Shown one piece after another: positions 20,356 to 28,879 of a stretch of DNA of 64,000 nt. Numbering within the stretch: the first letter of the stretch is position 1; each line of letters starts with the position of its first letter. The DNA is from Minisyncoccota bacterium. Lineage in GTDB: Bacteria > Patescibacteriota > Minisyncoccia > UBA6257 > 2-01-FULL-56-20. A program made the translations under genes and the position numbers. The stretch covers positions 58,732-122,731 of the forward strand of contig DATJLR010000001.1 in the NCBI GenBank assembly GCA_035509435.1. Direction: 5' to 3'. The notes below the pieces were generated by a model that worked only from the letters and a program-made list of their open reading frames with translations, ran no database searches and had not been told where the DNA came from.

Positions 20356-21147
20356 ATGATCACAGAAACGGACTATTCAAATTACATCATCGAGAACTTC
20401 CCCGACGTTACCGACCAATTCTCTGATAGAGATCATATAAGCGGTCTTTGTACGAACTGCGGGCGCGAAGTCGCGTTCGACATTACGAGTTATGGCGTCT
20501 CATATGTGAACCTTCCGCCGGTCTTTCCAGAAGAACCTCCTCAAAAAATGGCTGCGGGCAACCGACCGAGAACGATTATGTTCCGGTGCCCCATAAAGGG
20601 GTGCGGACACCTCAAGCTCTGGGTCGTGGTGGAGTTGGAGCTTTTGAAAGAGGGGTCAAAAAAGAGCGAGCGACACACCTATCTGTTGAACTCTATCCCA
20701 AACGAAAACGAAGAGATTGAAGGAGTACCCAATGACCCTCCTCAGCTTAAAGCCGCCTACAAAGAAGCAATACGTTGTCTCAATGCAAACGCGCCGATGG
20801 CCGCGGCGGCCATGTTTCGTCGGGCGTTGCAGGTAATCACGCGTGACATCCTCGGAGCAAAACCTGGTAAGCTCGCCAATGAACTCAAGGAACTGAAGGG
20901 CTCTACAAATCCGCTAGGCATCGCTCTCACAAACGACTTCTCCCAAAATGCCTATATCCTCAAGGAGGCCGGCAATCAGGGCGCACATCCCGACGATGAT
21001 CTCGACCTTCTCTCGTTCGATCCAGAAGACGCGGAGTATCTTCACCAGCTTTTCGCCGAAGTCGTCGCCGAGATTTTCGTCGCACCGGCAGCCGCAAAAA
21101 AGGCGCGGGAGGGATTTCTTAAAAAGCGGAAGATAACGGCACAGTAA
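20356..21147 (+). CDS. DUF4145 domain (HEPN-like) protein with N-terminal zinc ribbon
   Basis: CTNC...CPIKGC; YKEA..C....PMAAAAMFRRAL; GNQGAH. Confidence 0.8.
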   Translation: MITETDYSNYIIENFPDVTDQFSDRDHISGLCTNCGREVAFDITSYGVSYVNLPPVFPEEPPQKMAAGNRPRTIMFRCPIKGCGHLKLWVVVELELLKEGSKKSERHTYLLNSIPNENEEIEGVPNDPPQLKAAYKEAIRCLNANAPMAAAAMFRRALQVITRDILGAKPGKLANELKELKGSTNPLGIALTNDFSQNAYILKEAGNQGAHPDDDLDLLSFDPEDAEYLHQLFAEVVAEIFVAPAAAKKAREGFLKKRKITAQ

Positions 21148-21151
21148 AAGC

Positions 21152-21496
21152 ATGGATCTGCCCAATAAGACGAGGAATGACGAAGTGAAGGCCGCCATCG
21201 ACCTACTTAAAAGCGGCAAATTAGATCTCGGAGCGTCGACCGAAAAACACATCGGGATCGCCAATGCGTTGGCCTCTCTCGACGTTGCAGAGTCCCTTCA
21301 AATCACATCTGTGCAGATCGAAGAGTCATCGTCGCAAGATAGAGTTGCGCTAAACACCGCCGTCCACGCGCTCATTTCATCAAACGAAAAACTGGCGGAG
21401 AGCAATAAAAAATATGCACGCGCCATGATGTGGCTAACGGGAGCCATCGTTCTCGTGGGCGTCGCGCAGATAATCGCCTCGTTCTTCGCCAAATAG
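21152..21496 (+). CDS. Hypothetical protein, coiled-coil with C-terminal TM
   Basis: Tight operon spacing, C-terminal hydrophobic helix. Confidence 0.65.
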   Translation: MDLPNKTRNDEVKAAIDLLKSGKLDLGASTEKHIGIANALASLDVAESLQITSVQIEESSSQDRVALNTAVHALISSNEKLAESNKKYARAMMWLTGAIVLVGVAQIIASFFAK

Positions 21497-21500
21497 TATT

Positions 21501-22001
21501 ATGGCATCCAAAGAACGCCTCGAAAAAGCAGCCGCCGTCATCACGATCATCGGCTTCCCCGTAATCGCCGTCTCAATGCTTTTCGGCTTCTACCAACTCA
21601 AGGCAGCATCCGATCAACTGACCGCAATCCAGAAAGTAACAGCTTCACAAAATAATATCGCGCTCAACGCGGAGTTCTTCAACGATCCGACGAACATTGG
21701 CATCATCAATGACCTCTACAACAATACCCCGATCCTCGTGGAGCATGGCGGCCAATATAGTGATGCCCAGCTCGACAAATATCTTGGCGACTTCGACACA
21801 ATCAGCGACGCCTATGACGAGGGCTTCCTCTCGGAAGCGGATCTCTGTGACTCCTTCTCCTACTACATCGCGGCAACGATGCAGAATAAGGAGATCCAAA
21901 AATACATGACGGCGGAGGCCAAGCAGGACTCCAGCTTCTATGGCGGGTTGCCGGAACTCAGCTCGGACGTGACGAATAGCACCGATACGGATTGCCACTA
22001 A
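21501..22001 (+). CDS. Hypothetical protein with N-terminal TM
   Basis: N-terminal TM, YL..F..I motif (DUF4760-like, tentative). Confidence 0.65.
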   Translation: MASKERLEKAAAVITIIGFPVIAVSMLFGFYQLKAASDQLTAIQKVTASQNNIALNAEFFNDPTNIGIINDLYNNTPILVEHGGQYSDAQLDKYLGDFDTISDAYDEGFLSEADLCDSFSYYIAATMQNKEIQKYMTAEAKQDSSFYGGLPELSSDVTNSTDTDCH

Positions 22002-22018
22002 CGCGGGAGGCTACGCGA

Positions 22019-22090
22019 TTGACAATAGGGCATAAATAATGATATTATAATTCCACTTTCCGAGAGTCTCGGAAGGCAGCTCTTCACAAC
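22019..22090 (+). promoter_or_regulatory. Promoter, hairpin and boxA-like leader of the GHKL operon
   Basis: TTGACA 22019-22024, TGnTATTAT 22040-22048, hairpin TTCCGAG/CTCGGAA, GCTCTTCACAAC 22079-22090. Confidence 0.6.
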
Positions 22091-22108
22091 AGAATAGGAG
22101 GTAGAGCA

Positions 22109-22426
22109 GTGGTGAGCAGCAGAGACAGAGTAGGCGCTGCAAGCACCGGTCTATCACAGGCAACTTTGGTAAGAGGCGTGGTAACGGCCGTTCATGAAGG
22201 AGGCGAAGGATTTGCTTCGACCTATCTTCATGATGCGATTGACGGCATCCCAGAAGGGACGCACATCACGTTTTCGCTGAAGGACTGGCAGGGCGGCAGT
22301 ACGCTGCCCCGCAAAGGACAGGTGGTCAGCTTAGAACAGATAACCCTCTTCGAGAAAGGTTGGCGGGCGCTGTGCGCCAAGCCGATCGGCATCGACGGAG
22401 GCAGACAGAGAGGAGCACGCAGATGA
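22109..22426 (+). CDS. Hypothetical small beta-rich (OB-fold-like) protein
   Basis: GGAGG SD; G.FA...ITFSL..W....LP.KGQVV....KGWRA pattern resembles a cold-shock/OB fold. Confidence 0.6.
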   Translation: MVSSRDRVGAASTGLSQATLVRGVVTAVHEGGEGFASTYLHDAIDGIPEGTHITFSLKDWQGGSTLPRKGQVVSLEQITLFEKGWRALCAKPIGIDGGRQRGARR

Positions 22427-23205
22427 GAGCCGAAGCAAGGGCGCAGGGACTTCCTAAGGGAAGCGCCATGGACTGCCTGAAGCATTACCTCGAGCAGCTT
22501 CCGTGGGGCGACCAGAGCTCCACCGAAGCGCGAAAACCCATGGCCGATTTTCTCGGAATCAACTCCGACTCGATCAGGCGGTGGTTCACCGGCGATACCC
22601 AGCCGAAAGGTTTGGTGCTCGTGAAGCTGCGGTATTTTCTGGAAGATCAAGGATACCGCATTGAAGAGCTCGAAGGACTTCAGCCGCTGGCGCGCCAATT
22701 GGGGAGACTCATTTCCAACGGCGTGATCAGCTACGAGGAAACGGCGAAGGAGCTCGGCTTCACCGAGGTCTCCGACATCCTTCGCGCGCTCCACGCGAAA
22801 GCCCCCTTCTCAAGCAAACAGATGGCGGGAATAGCGCGCATCTGTGCAGAGCATCCGCTGGAGGTCCAAGAAACCACCAGCGCACCCGCCATCGCGCTTT
22901 TGTCCCGTGCGGTCGCCCTCCAAGGGCAGGCGCGGAGCGCAATACGGGACCGGGTCGAGGAGGACATCATCCATCTTCTCGATGGCCTGAACGGGCTTTG
23001 CGCCGTCCTTGAGCCGCGACTCGAACACATGCTGTCGGACGGGTTTACGCCCGAACAACGGCAGGCGTTCCGGGAAAAGGCGGGGCGGCACCGCGTGTTC
23101 GATATGGCCAATCGCTTCTATCGGCTCAACAAGCAGCTGAATGCCCTGTGCAGCGAGAAAGCCCGCGAGATCACTTCAACCACGCCAACCCAGAACCAGA
23201 GATAG
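22423..23205 (+). CDS. Helix-turn-helix protein
   Basis: ATGA overlap with the upstream gene; MADFLGINSDSIRRWFTG..QP (XRE-like HTH) and a second HTH-like ETAKELGF. Confidence 0.7.
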   Translation: MRAEARAQGLPKGSAMDCLKHYLEQLPWGDQSSTEARKPMADFLGINSDSIRRWFTGDTQPKGLVLVKLRYFLEDQGYRIEELEGLQPLARQLGRLISNGVISYEETAKELGFTEVSDILRALHAKAPFSSKQMAGIARICAEHPLEVQETTSAPAIALLSRAVALQGQARSAIRDRVEEDIIHLLDGLNGLCAVLEPRLEHMLSDGFTPEQRQAFREKAGRHRVFDMANRFYRLNKQLNALCSEKAREITSTTPTQNQR

Positions 23206-23217
23206 AGGGAGATCAAG

Positions 23218-24897
23218 ATGCAGACCGCAGAAAGCAGCAAGATCGACTTTCACCACGGACAAGCGCTCTTGCGGGTCGCCGGGCATTACCCGACGCTCGC
23301 GGAAGTTGTCTACGAGGCCGTCCAGAACGCTCTGGACGCCGACGCCACGAACATCAACGTGGCCATCAACCACAAGAAGCGGACGCTCACGGTGTCGGAC
23401 GACGGCGTGGGAACGACGCGGAGCCGCTTCGAGGACGCACTCCTCTCCGTGTGCAAGGGCATCAAGGACGGGGACAAGCTCGGCCAGTTCGGAATGGGCC
23501 TCATCGCCCCTCTCGGCAAGTGCCAGCGGTTCACGTTCATCTCCACGCCGAAGAGCAATCCTCGGGCCTACCTGCAGTGGACGTTCTCTACGGACGACAT
23601 CTGCGGGCAGGAGAAGATCGACGGCATTCCCGTCGAACCTTTGCCCGACCTGCACTTCGAACGCGAGGGGAGCCGCAGCGGCGTCGCGTGGCGCACCCAA
23701 GTGAAGCTTTACAACTTTACGAAGGACCGCCTGCTGAGCCGCATGACGGCGTCTTCCCTTCGGGAGGGCATCCTCGAGCGGTTCTCGACGGCAATGCGAC
23801 GCCGGGGCGTGACGGTCAACGTCGAGATCGTCTCCTCCGACGGAGAAGTTTCGGCGGAGAAGATCGTCGCTGACGTCTACGAAGGCAAGCGACTGCCGAT
23901 GGAGTACATTCGCGAGAAGGATGCGGGACAGACTACGTTCCAACTCTACATCGCGAAGAAAACCCAGAAGGGCCGCCGCGGCAAAGTGGTCATCGGGGAG
24001 TCCGGCAAGGATTTCACGATCAGCTTTGCGCAGTTCGCGAGCCACGCGGGGGAACTGCTTGACAGCGACGTCTGCGACGCTCTGGAGTCCGGCGTGTTCG
24101 AAGGGCAGATCTTCACCGAGAAGGCGAAGCTCGACCCGAACCGGCGGCATTTCATCGCCAACGACGCGCTCATGGGCCTCTGCATCGCCATCGACGAGTG
24201 GTATCGCAAAATCGGTGCGAGCCACATCGCGAAGGTGAAGGAAGAGGCGCAGGACGACCGCTACCAGCAGCTCGGCATGCGTTCCATGCGGGTGGTCGAG
24301 GGGCTTCTCGAACAACCGGCCTTCGCCTATCTGAAGGACGTCGTGAAGTCGTTCCGCATCGGTACGATCGGTACGCGGCACACTCGGCCCGATGCCAAAA
24401 TCATCGGGACACAGAGCGAGCCGTCGATCTCGATCGACGCGGCAAAGAGCAACGGCAACGGCGGGGGTGGCAACGGCGGAGGGGGTAGCGACCCGAAGTC
24501 GGAGCATCCCGGTCACACGCCCTACACCGTGAGCGGCCCGAAAGGACGCCAGCGGATGATGGTGCGTGGCAACAGTCAGGGCCTCCAATTCCTCTATGAG
24601 GAGATGGAAGGTTCTGACCGGCTCTGGGATCTCGACAGCAATGCGGGGGTCCTTCGCTATAACACACGCCACCCGCTGTGGGCCGAGTGCGAGTCAGATG
24701 AGCGTGCGCTCATGCGGTTTCAGGAGCACATCGCCATCACGGCACTCACCCTCGAAACGGTTCCGAAGGAATGGAAGGAGCAGCATCGCCGGATGACCGA
24801 CGACGCAATGCCTTCCATCGCTTTCTGGCTCCTCAAGGGTGACGAACTTGCAGGGCGCCGCGCGGGACGGCCGAAAGGTTCCGCTTCCGCGAAGTAA
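23218..24897 (+). CDS. GHKL (Hsp90/MORC-like) ATPase
   Basis: EAVQNALDA, DDGVG, GQFGMG motifs; C-terminal YNTRHPLW. Confidence 0.88.
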   Translation: MQTAESSKIDFHHGQALLRVAGHYPTLAEVVYEAVQNALDADATNINVAINHKKRTLTVSDDGVGTTRSRFEDALLSVCKGIKDGDKLGQFGMGLIAPLGKCQRFTFISTPKSNPRAYLQWTFSTDDICGQEKIDGIPVEPLPDLHFEREGSRSGVAWRTQVKLYNFTKDRLLSRMTASSLREGILERFSTAMRRRGVTVNVEIVSSDGEVSAEKIVADVYEGKRLPMEYIREKDAGQTTFQLYIAKKTQKGRRGKVVIGESGKDFTISFAQFASHAGELLDSDVCDALESGVFEGQIFTEKAKLDPNRRHFIANDALMGLCIAIDEWYRKIGASHIAKVKEEAQDDRYQQLGMRSMRVVEGLLEQPAFAYLKDVVKSFRIGTIGTRHTRPDAKIIGTQSEPSISIDAAKSNGNGGGGNGGGGSDPKSEHPGHTPYTVSGPKGRQRMMVRGNSQGLQFLYEEMEGSDRLWDLDSNAGVLRYNTRHPLWAECESDERALMRFQEHIAITALTLETVPKEWKEQHRRMTDDAMPSIAFWLLKGDELAGRRAGRPKGSASAK

Positions 24898-24966
24898 CCG
24901 CGCTTCACCTCCACCAGTAACAGCCGCCACCATCATTTATCATTCGGCGGCTCTCATTCATACCCG

Positions 24967-24998
24967 GCCCGACAGGCATCATGCTTGTCGGGCTTTTT
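24967..24998 (+). terminator. Rho-independent terminator of the GHKL operon
   Basis: GCCCGACAGGCAT c ATGCTTGTCGGGC TTTTT. Confidence 0.85.
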
Positions 24999-25037
24999 CA
25001 TCTCGACTTCAACCACCCCTCGCGCTATGATGTAATC

Positions 25038-25230
25038 ACAACTGAAAAGGATGCCTAAACCATCGCGGTAACGCGGTGGCATGGCGGAAGTGCACAAGTC
25101 CTACGAGGACAAAGAACCCATCACATGGGGCTGTCCTCGTAGGCCATGCCGGAAACGGCGTGGAGGGCGCAAGCTCTCACCCATGCGGTGGGTTCTTTGG
25201 TCGATAAGAAGCTCCTCCGCACGGGGAGCA
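25038..25230 (+). ncRNA. Structured ncRNA, copy A (unrecognised class)
   Basis: TCGACT-17nt-TATGAT promoter; receptor hairpin 25052-25085; S1 25100-25111/25132-25143; S2 25111-25129/25180-25198; GAAA and GCAA hairpins; same architecture as copy B. Confidence 0.8.
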
Positions 25231-25246
25231 TTTCTATATCACCACC

Positions 25247-25405
25247 ATGAAAACACGAGACCAAATCAACGAACGCGTGAAGCACATTGACGGGACATTT
25301 CCTGGCGTCGCTGGCCCCACGCATATGCTCGCGATCGTCGTAGAGCTCCTCCTCGACATCCGCAGCCAGCTTGAGGAGCTACTCAAAGCCGAAGACGCAA
25401 AATAA
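25247..25405 (+). CDS. Small hypothetical protein (52 aa), not in the ORF track
   Basis: MKTRDQINERVKHIDGTFPGVAGPTHMLAIVVELLLDIRSQLEELLKAEDAK, directly after ncRNA A. Confidence 0.6.
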   Translation: MKTRDQINERVKHIDGTFPGVAGPTHMLAIVVELLLDIRSQLEELLKAEDAK

Positions 25406-25416
25406 CAGAAACCGAT

Positions 25417-26076
25417 ATGGGTATCTTCACCAGTAAGGCAAGGGAGCGAGAAAAACTCAAAGCCACACTCATTCCATTGATCGCAGAGAAGGATAAGTTC
25501 CTCAAGGACGCGGTAGCGATGAAGCGTATCCCCACGATCACGCCACCGGCCTCTCTCATTCTCGAAAAAGACGAACGCCTCATCCTCGCTGATCCCACGA
25601 CGCTTCGAGAGGCGCGAGCGGTACGCGAAAGCAGCGGCGGCTTCGGGAGCGTGCGCGTGGGTCACGCAAGGATTGGCAGTTATAGCGGAACCTCTTTCAG
25701 CACGCTCAAATGGGCTGACCTCGACAAGGGATCGCTCTACCTCACCAACCATCGCCTCATTTTCCAGGGCAACAAAGAAAATCGGATCATCCCCCTCAAG
25801 AGCATCTCAGCGCTCCAACCCATCCCCTTCGGAACAATCAGTATGAGTGTTGTGAATAAACCCAAAAATATGCAATTCCCCGTGAGAAACCCATACCTCT
25901 GGGAAGCCGTCACGAAAATCGAACGGACATCACTCGGCGACAACATTGTGCTGAAAAAAGCCCAAGCACAAAACGGCAATCTCGATGATCTCGAAAAGCT
26001 CGCCGACCTCAAGGGAAAAGGCATCATCACCGATGACGAGTTCGCAGCGAAGAAGAAGCAGATCCTAGGGCTTTAA
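25417..26076 (+). CDS. PH-like domain and SHOCT domain protein
   Basis: DKGSLYLTNHRLIFQG; C-terminal LEKLADLKGKGIITDDEFAAKKKQILGL. Confidence 0.85.
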   Translation: MGIFTSKAREREKLKATLIPLIAEKDKFLKDAVAMKRIPTITPPASLILEKDERLILADPTTLREARAVRESSGGFGSVRVGHARIGSYSGTSFSTLKWADLDKGSLYLTNHRLIFQGNKENRIIPLKSISALQPIPFGTISMSVVNKPKNMQFPVRNPYLWEAVTKIERTSLGDNIVLKKAQAQNGNLDDLEKLADLKGKGIITDDEFAAKKKQILGL

Positions 26077-26117
26077 GGCATCTCCACTTCGGCAAGGTAA
26101 TGGCATAGAATGGTGTC

Positions 26118-27962
26118 ATGGCAGAACCGACCAATCCAGAAGAACTCCTTGAGGCCCTCAAACTACTCCAAGCCGTGGAGGCAGATGATCCCGAGGTCAT
26201 AAAAAAATATCGCTACGTCATCTACGCACGAAAATCGACGGACGAGAAAGACAAACAACAACGCTCACTCGGCGACCAAGTGCGCGAGTGCGAGGAGTTC
26301 GCTGGATATAACAATCTGACGATCGCGAAAATCATCGAGGAGTCCGAGTCCGCTAAAGAGCCAGATATTCGGCCGAAGTTCCGCACTATGATGAACGATG
26401 TGGCCGCGGGCAAATACCAAGGCATCATCGCGTGGCATCCCGATCGCCTCTCCCGCAACATGAAAGAGGCAGGCGAAATCATCGACCTACTCGACAAGGG
26501 CATCATTAAGGATCTCAAGTTCAAGAGCTTCACCTTCGTGAATGATGCGAGCGGCAAGATGACGCTCGGCATCACCTTTGTGCTCGCAAAACAATACTCC
26601 GAGCAACTCGGGGCAAATATCGCGCGCGGCAACAAGCGCAGCATCGAAGAAGGAAAATATCCGAACAGAACAAAACCTGGTTATTACAAAGACGGAGACG
26701 GGCGCCTCCGTCCCGATGGACAGAACTTCATCCTCATCAAGCGGGCATTCCAAATGCGCCTCGAAGGTGCGACGTGCGAAAAAATTGCGGACTTTCTCAA
26801 TGAGAACGGATACCAGAGATGGAATAAAGACGGCACGCATACGCCATTCAAGATGAGCGTCAGACGGGTCTATGACTTCATGCTCGATCCGGCTTACGCC
26901 GGCGTCATCGTTTACGGCAAGAAGGGCGGCGGGGTCAACCTCATGAAGGAATACGACTTCCAACCAGCGATCTCCGTTCCCGACTTTATGAAGATCAACA
27001 ACCTGACCGATCGAAGCCAGGTTCTCCGACTTGCGCGAAAATATCGCCGTCACGAAGACGTGCGAGCGGATCTCATGCGAGGCATGGTCTTCTGCTCGAA
27101 ATGCGGGGAAAACATGGGTCCAGGCATAACAGCCAAGAAGAACGTGTCGGGCCCCAAGAACTATCTCTACTACCGATGCACCACGCCGGATTGTCCGCGC
27201 AAGGGAAAGTCCACACGGGCGCGAGTGATTACTGACTATATCCTCGACTTCCTGGCTCAAAAACCGTTCTCCTCCCGACGGGCCTATGAGCACTATGCCG
27301 AAGAAATGCCTCGCGTGGCGGCCGAGCGAGAGCGAAACCTCCGCACTCTCCTCGTGGAGAAAAAGACCGAGCGGACGCGACTTGAGAACAAAATGGCGAA
27401 AATACGCGACCGGCTCCTTGAGATCGGCAAAGACGAGAAAATCGCCCAGGATTACCAGGGTGATCTTGCTGCGGGCGAGAAGGATCTCAAGGGGCTGGAG
27501 GGCGAAATAGGCCAGATTGAGCGAAAATTAAAGGCCAGCAAGGCCGCAATCCTCACCTACGAGCAATTCCTCGAACTATGGGAAAAGACCCCGAAGATAC
27601 TGGCTAAAATGAAACCGCTCACCCAAAAGGACGCGATCATCCGAAAAATGTTCTCGAACTTCACGGTAAGCGCAAAAAATGTAGAGAAAATGGAGCTCGC
27701 AGAGCCGTTCAAGGCGCTCTGCGACCCCAAATTGCTGGGGGGTGGAGATCGAAGTGCGTTATATAAATTCCTTCTTCATTCCTTCTTCGCGCCTTTCTTA
27801 TACTGTCGCCAAGCTCCAAAACTGAGCACTACAGTTAATAAAACTGCCGAGGCCCACCGGAAAAAAATATCGCTATTGAGCCGATCACTTGGCGGTACAT
27901 CGGTGGTATTTATTGATGGATCGGCCGGTAGATATACTACTTCTACGCCTTGCCCTACCTGA
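26118..27962 (+). CDS. Large serine recombinase 1 (C-terminus crosses the att junction at 27741)
   Basis: YARKST, PDRLSRN, recombinase domain, CSKCG...YYRC zinc ribbon, coiled coil. Confidence 0.95.
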   Translation: MAEPTNPEELLEALKLLQAVEADDPEVIKKYRYVIYARKSTDEKDKQQRSLGDQVRECEEFAGYNNLTIAKIIEESESAKEPDIRPKFRTMMNDVAAGKYQGIIAWHPDRLSRNMKEAGEIIDLLDKGIIKDLKFKSFTFVNDASGKMTLGITFVLAKQYSEQLGANIARGNKRSIEEGKYPNRTKPGYYKDGDGRLRPDGQNFILIKRAFQMRLEGATCEKIADFLNENGYQRWNKDGTHTPFKMSVRRVYDFMLDPAYAGVIVYGKKGGGVNLMKEYDFQPAISVPDFMKINNLTDRSQVLRLARKYRRHEDVRADLMRGMVFCSKCGENMGPGITAKKNVSGPKNYLYYRCTTPDCPRKGKSTRARVITDYILDFLAQKPFSSRRAYEHYAEEMPRVAAERERNLRTLLVEKKTERTRLENKMAKIRDRLLEIGKDEKIAQDYQGDLAAGEKDLKGLEGEIGQIERKLKASKAAILTYEQFLELWEKTPKILAKMKPLTQKDAIIRKMFSNFTVSAKNVEKMELAEPFKALCDPKLLGGGDRSALYKFLLHSFFAPFLYCRQAPKLSTTVNKTAEAHRKKISLLSRSLGGTSVVFIDGSAGRYTTSTPCPT

Positions 27963-28237
27963 ATAGCTTGGCAATCTAAGCTATTATCTGAGGAATCATA
28001 TTGTTGTCCTCCAACACTAAATTCATATGAGTAAGACGCGTGATTGGCACAATCGATACTGGTAATGGCTCCCTGTGTAGCTTTGCCATTCTTAAGTAAT
28101 TGCTCGTATTTGTTTATATCCGAAGATGTTACTAAGAACAAAATTCCGTAGACGAAAAGGAAAATACATATTGCCAAGATGATCGAGTAAAGAAGCTTTA
28201 CTCTTGAGGAAGGCTTATCTATTTCTGCTGTATTCAT
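27776..28237 (-). CDS. DUF3592-like membrane protein
   Basis: TM, G.I....YSYEF.V.G..Y, VGQ.VEVVYLP.DP, TM. Confidence 0.75.
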   Translation of the reverse strand: MNTAEIDKPSSRVKLLYSIILAICIFLFVYGILFLVTSSDINKYEQLLKNGKATQGAITSIDCANHASYSYEFSVGGQQYDSSDNSLDCQAIQVGQGVEVVYLPADPSINTTDVPPSDRLNSDIFFRWASAVLLTVVLSFGAWRQYKKGAKKE

Positions 28238-28266
28238 GCCTTAACTATATCTAAGGTTTGGTTTTA

Positions 28267-28848
28267 TTAGTTCGGCTTTGTGTGAGTTACTGCATCATAA
28301 ACATCCATGAAATTGCTAGTTCCCAGCTCTTGAATGCTGATATTTTGAATAGGAACTTTAACCGTTAGGCCGTTCATAGTATTGATCCACAAAAGCAGGG
28401 TGCCTGAATAAATTGAACTGCTTTGTTCAGTCGTTGTAAAAAATATGTTATAGAGATCAAGAGTCGAAGAGTTTTGTGGGAATCCTAATTCTGCTATTAC
28501 CGGATGAAGATCTATATTGATGGAATTATCTGGAAAGATAGTCTGCTGAATTGGAAATAGAACAGTTTTACCACTTATCGAAGCTTCATCAACATAAATG
28601 GAAGATTCTCCGTGGTTGGTCAAGGTTAAAAGTAATTTTTGACTATCAAATGTTTCGCCGATACTCGGACTGAAGTATTTTAAATAACTAAGGTCCCGCA
28701 GTTGAGAATTAATCGCTCCTTGCTGTAAATCAATAGCTATCTGCATGGCTCCTAAAAAAAGTGCCACCACAACAGGAATGAAGAACTTCAAGAAATCAAA
28801 CCAATTATTTCTCCACCACTCCTTCAGCTTAGGCAATGCATTGTTCAT
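28267..28848 (-). CDS. Hypothetical protein with N-terminal TM
   Basis: 193-aa ORF in an AT-rich region, LTNHG motif. Confidence 0.7.
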   Translation of the reverse strand: MNNALPKLKEWWRNNWFDFLKFFIPVVVALFLGAMQIAIDLQQGAINSQLRDLSYLKYFSPSIGETFDSQKLLLTLTNHGESSIYVDEASISGKTVLFPIQQTIFPDNSINIDLHPVIAELGFPQNSSTLDLYNIFFTTTEQSSSIYSGTLLLWINTMNGLTVKVPIQNISIQELGTSNFMDVYDAVTHTKPN

Positions 28849-28879
28849 TTTTTTAAACCAATTGGAATAATAGGTGCAA

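Noticed and set aside
25111-25131. ncRNA loops as guides for the recombinases (bridge-RNA-like)
   Set aside because: Neither loop matches the tmRNA target or the att flanks; each pairs only with its own 3' end.
25038-25230. Known riboswitch or ribozyme (c-di-GMP-I, HDV-like, hammerhead) as the identity of ncRNA A/B
   Set aside because: GCCTAAAC recalls the c-di-GMP-I receptor, but the hairpin order is reversed and the binding core is absent. There is no HDV P3/P1.1 and no hammerhead CUGAnGA core. An Rfam scan is still required.
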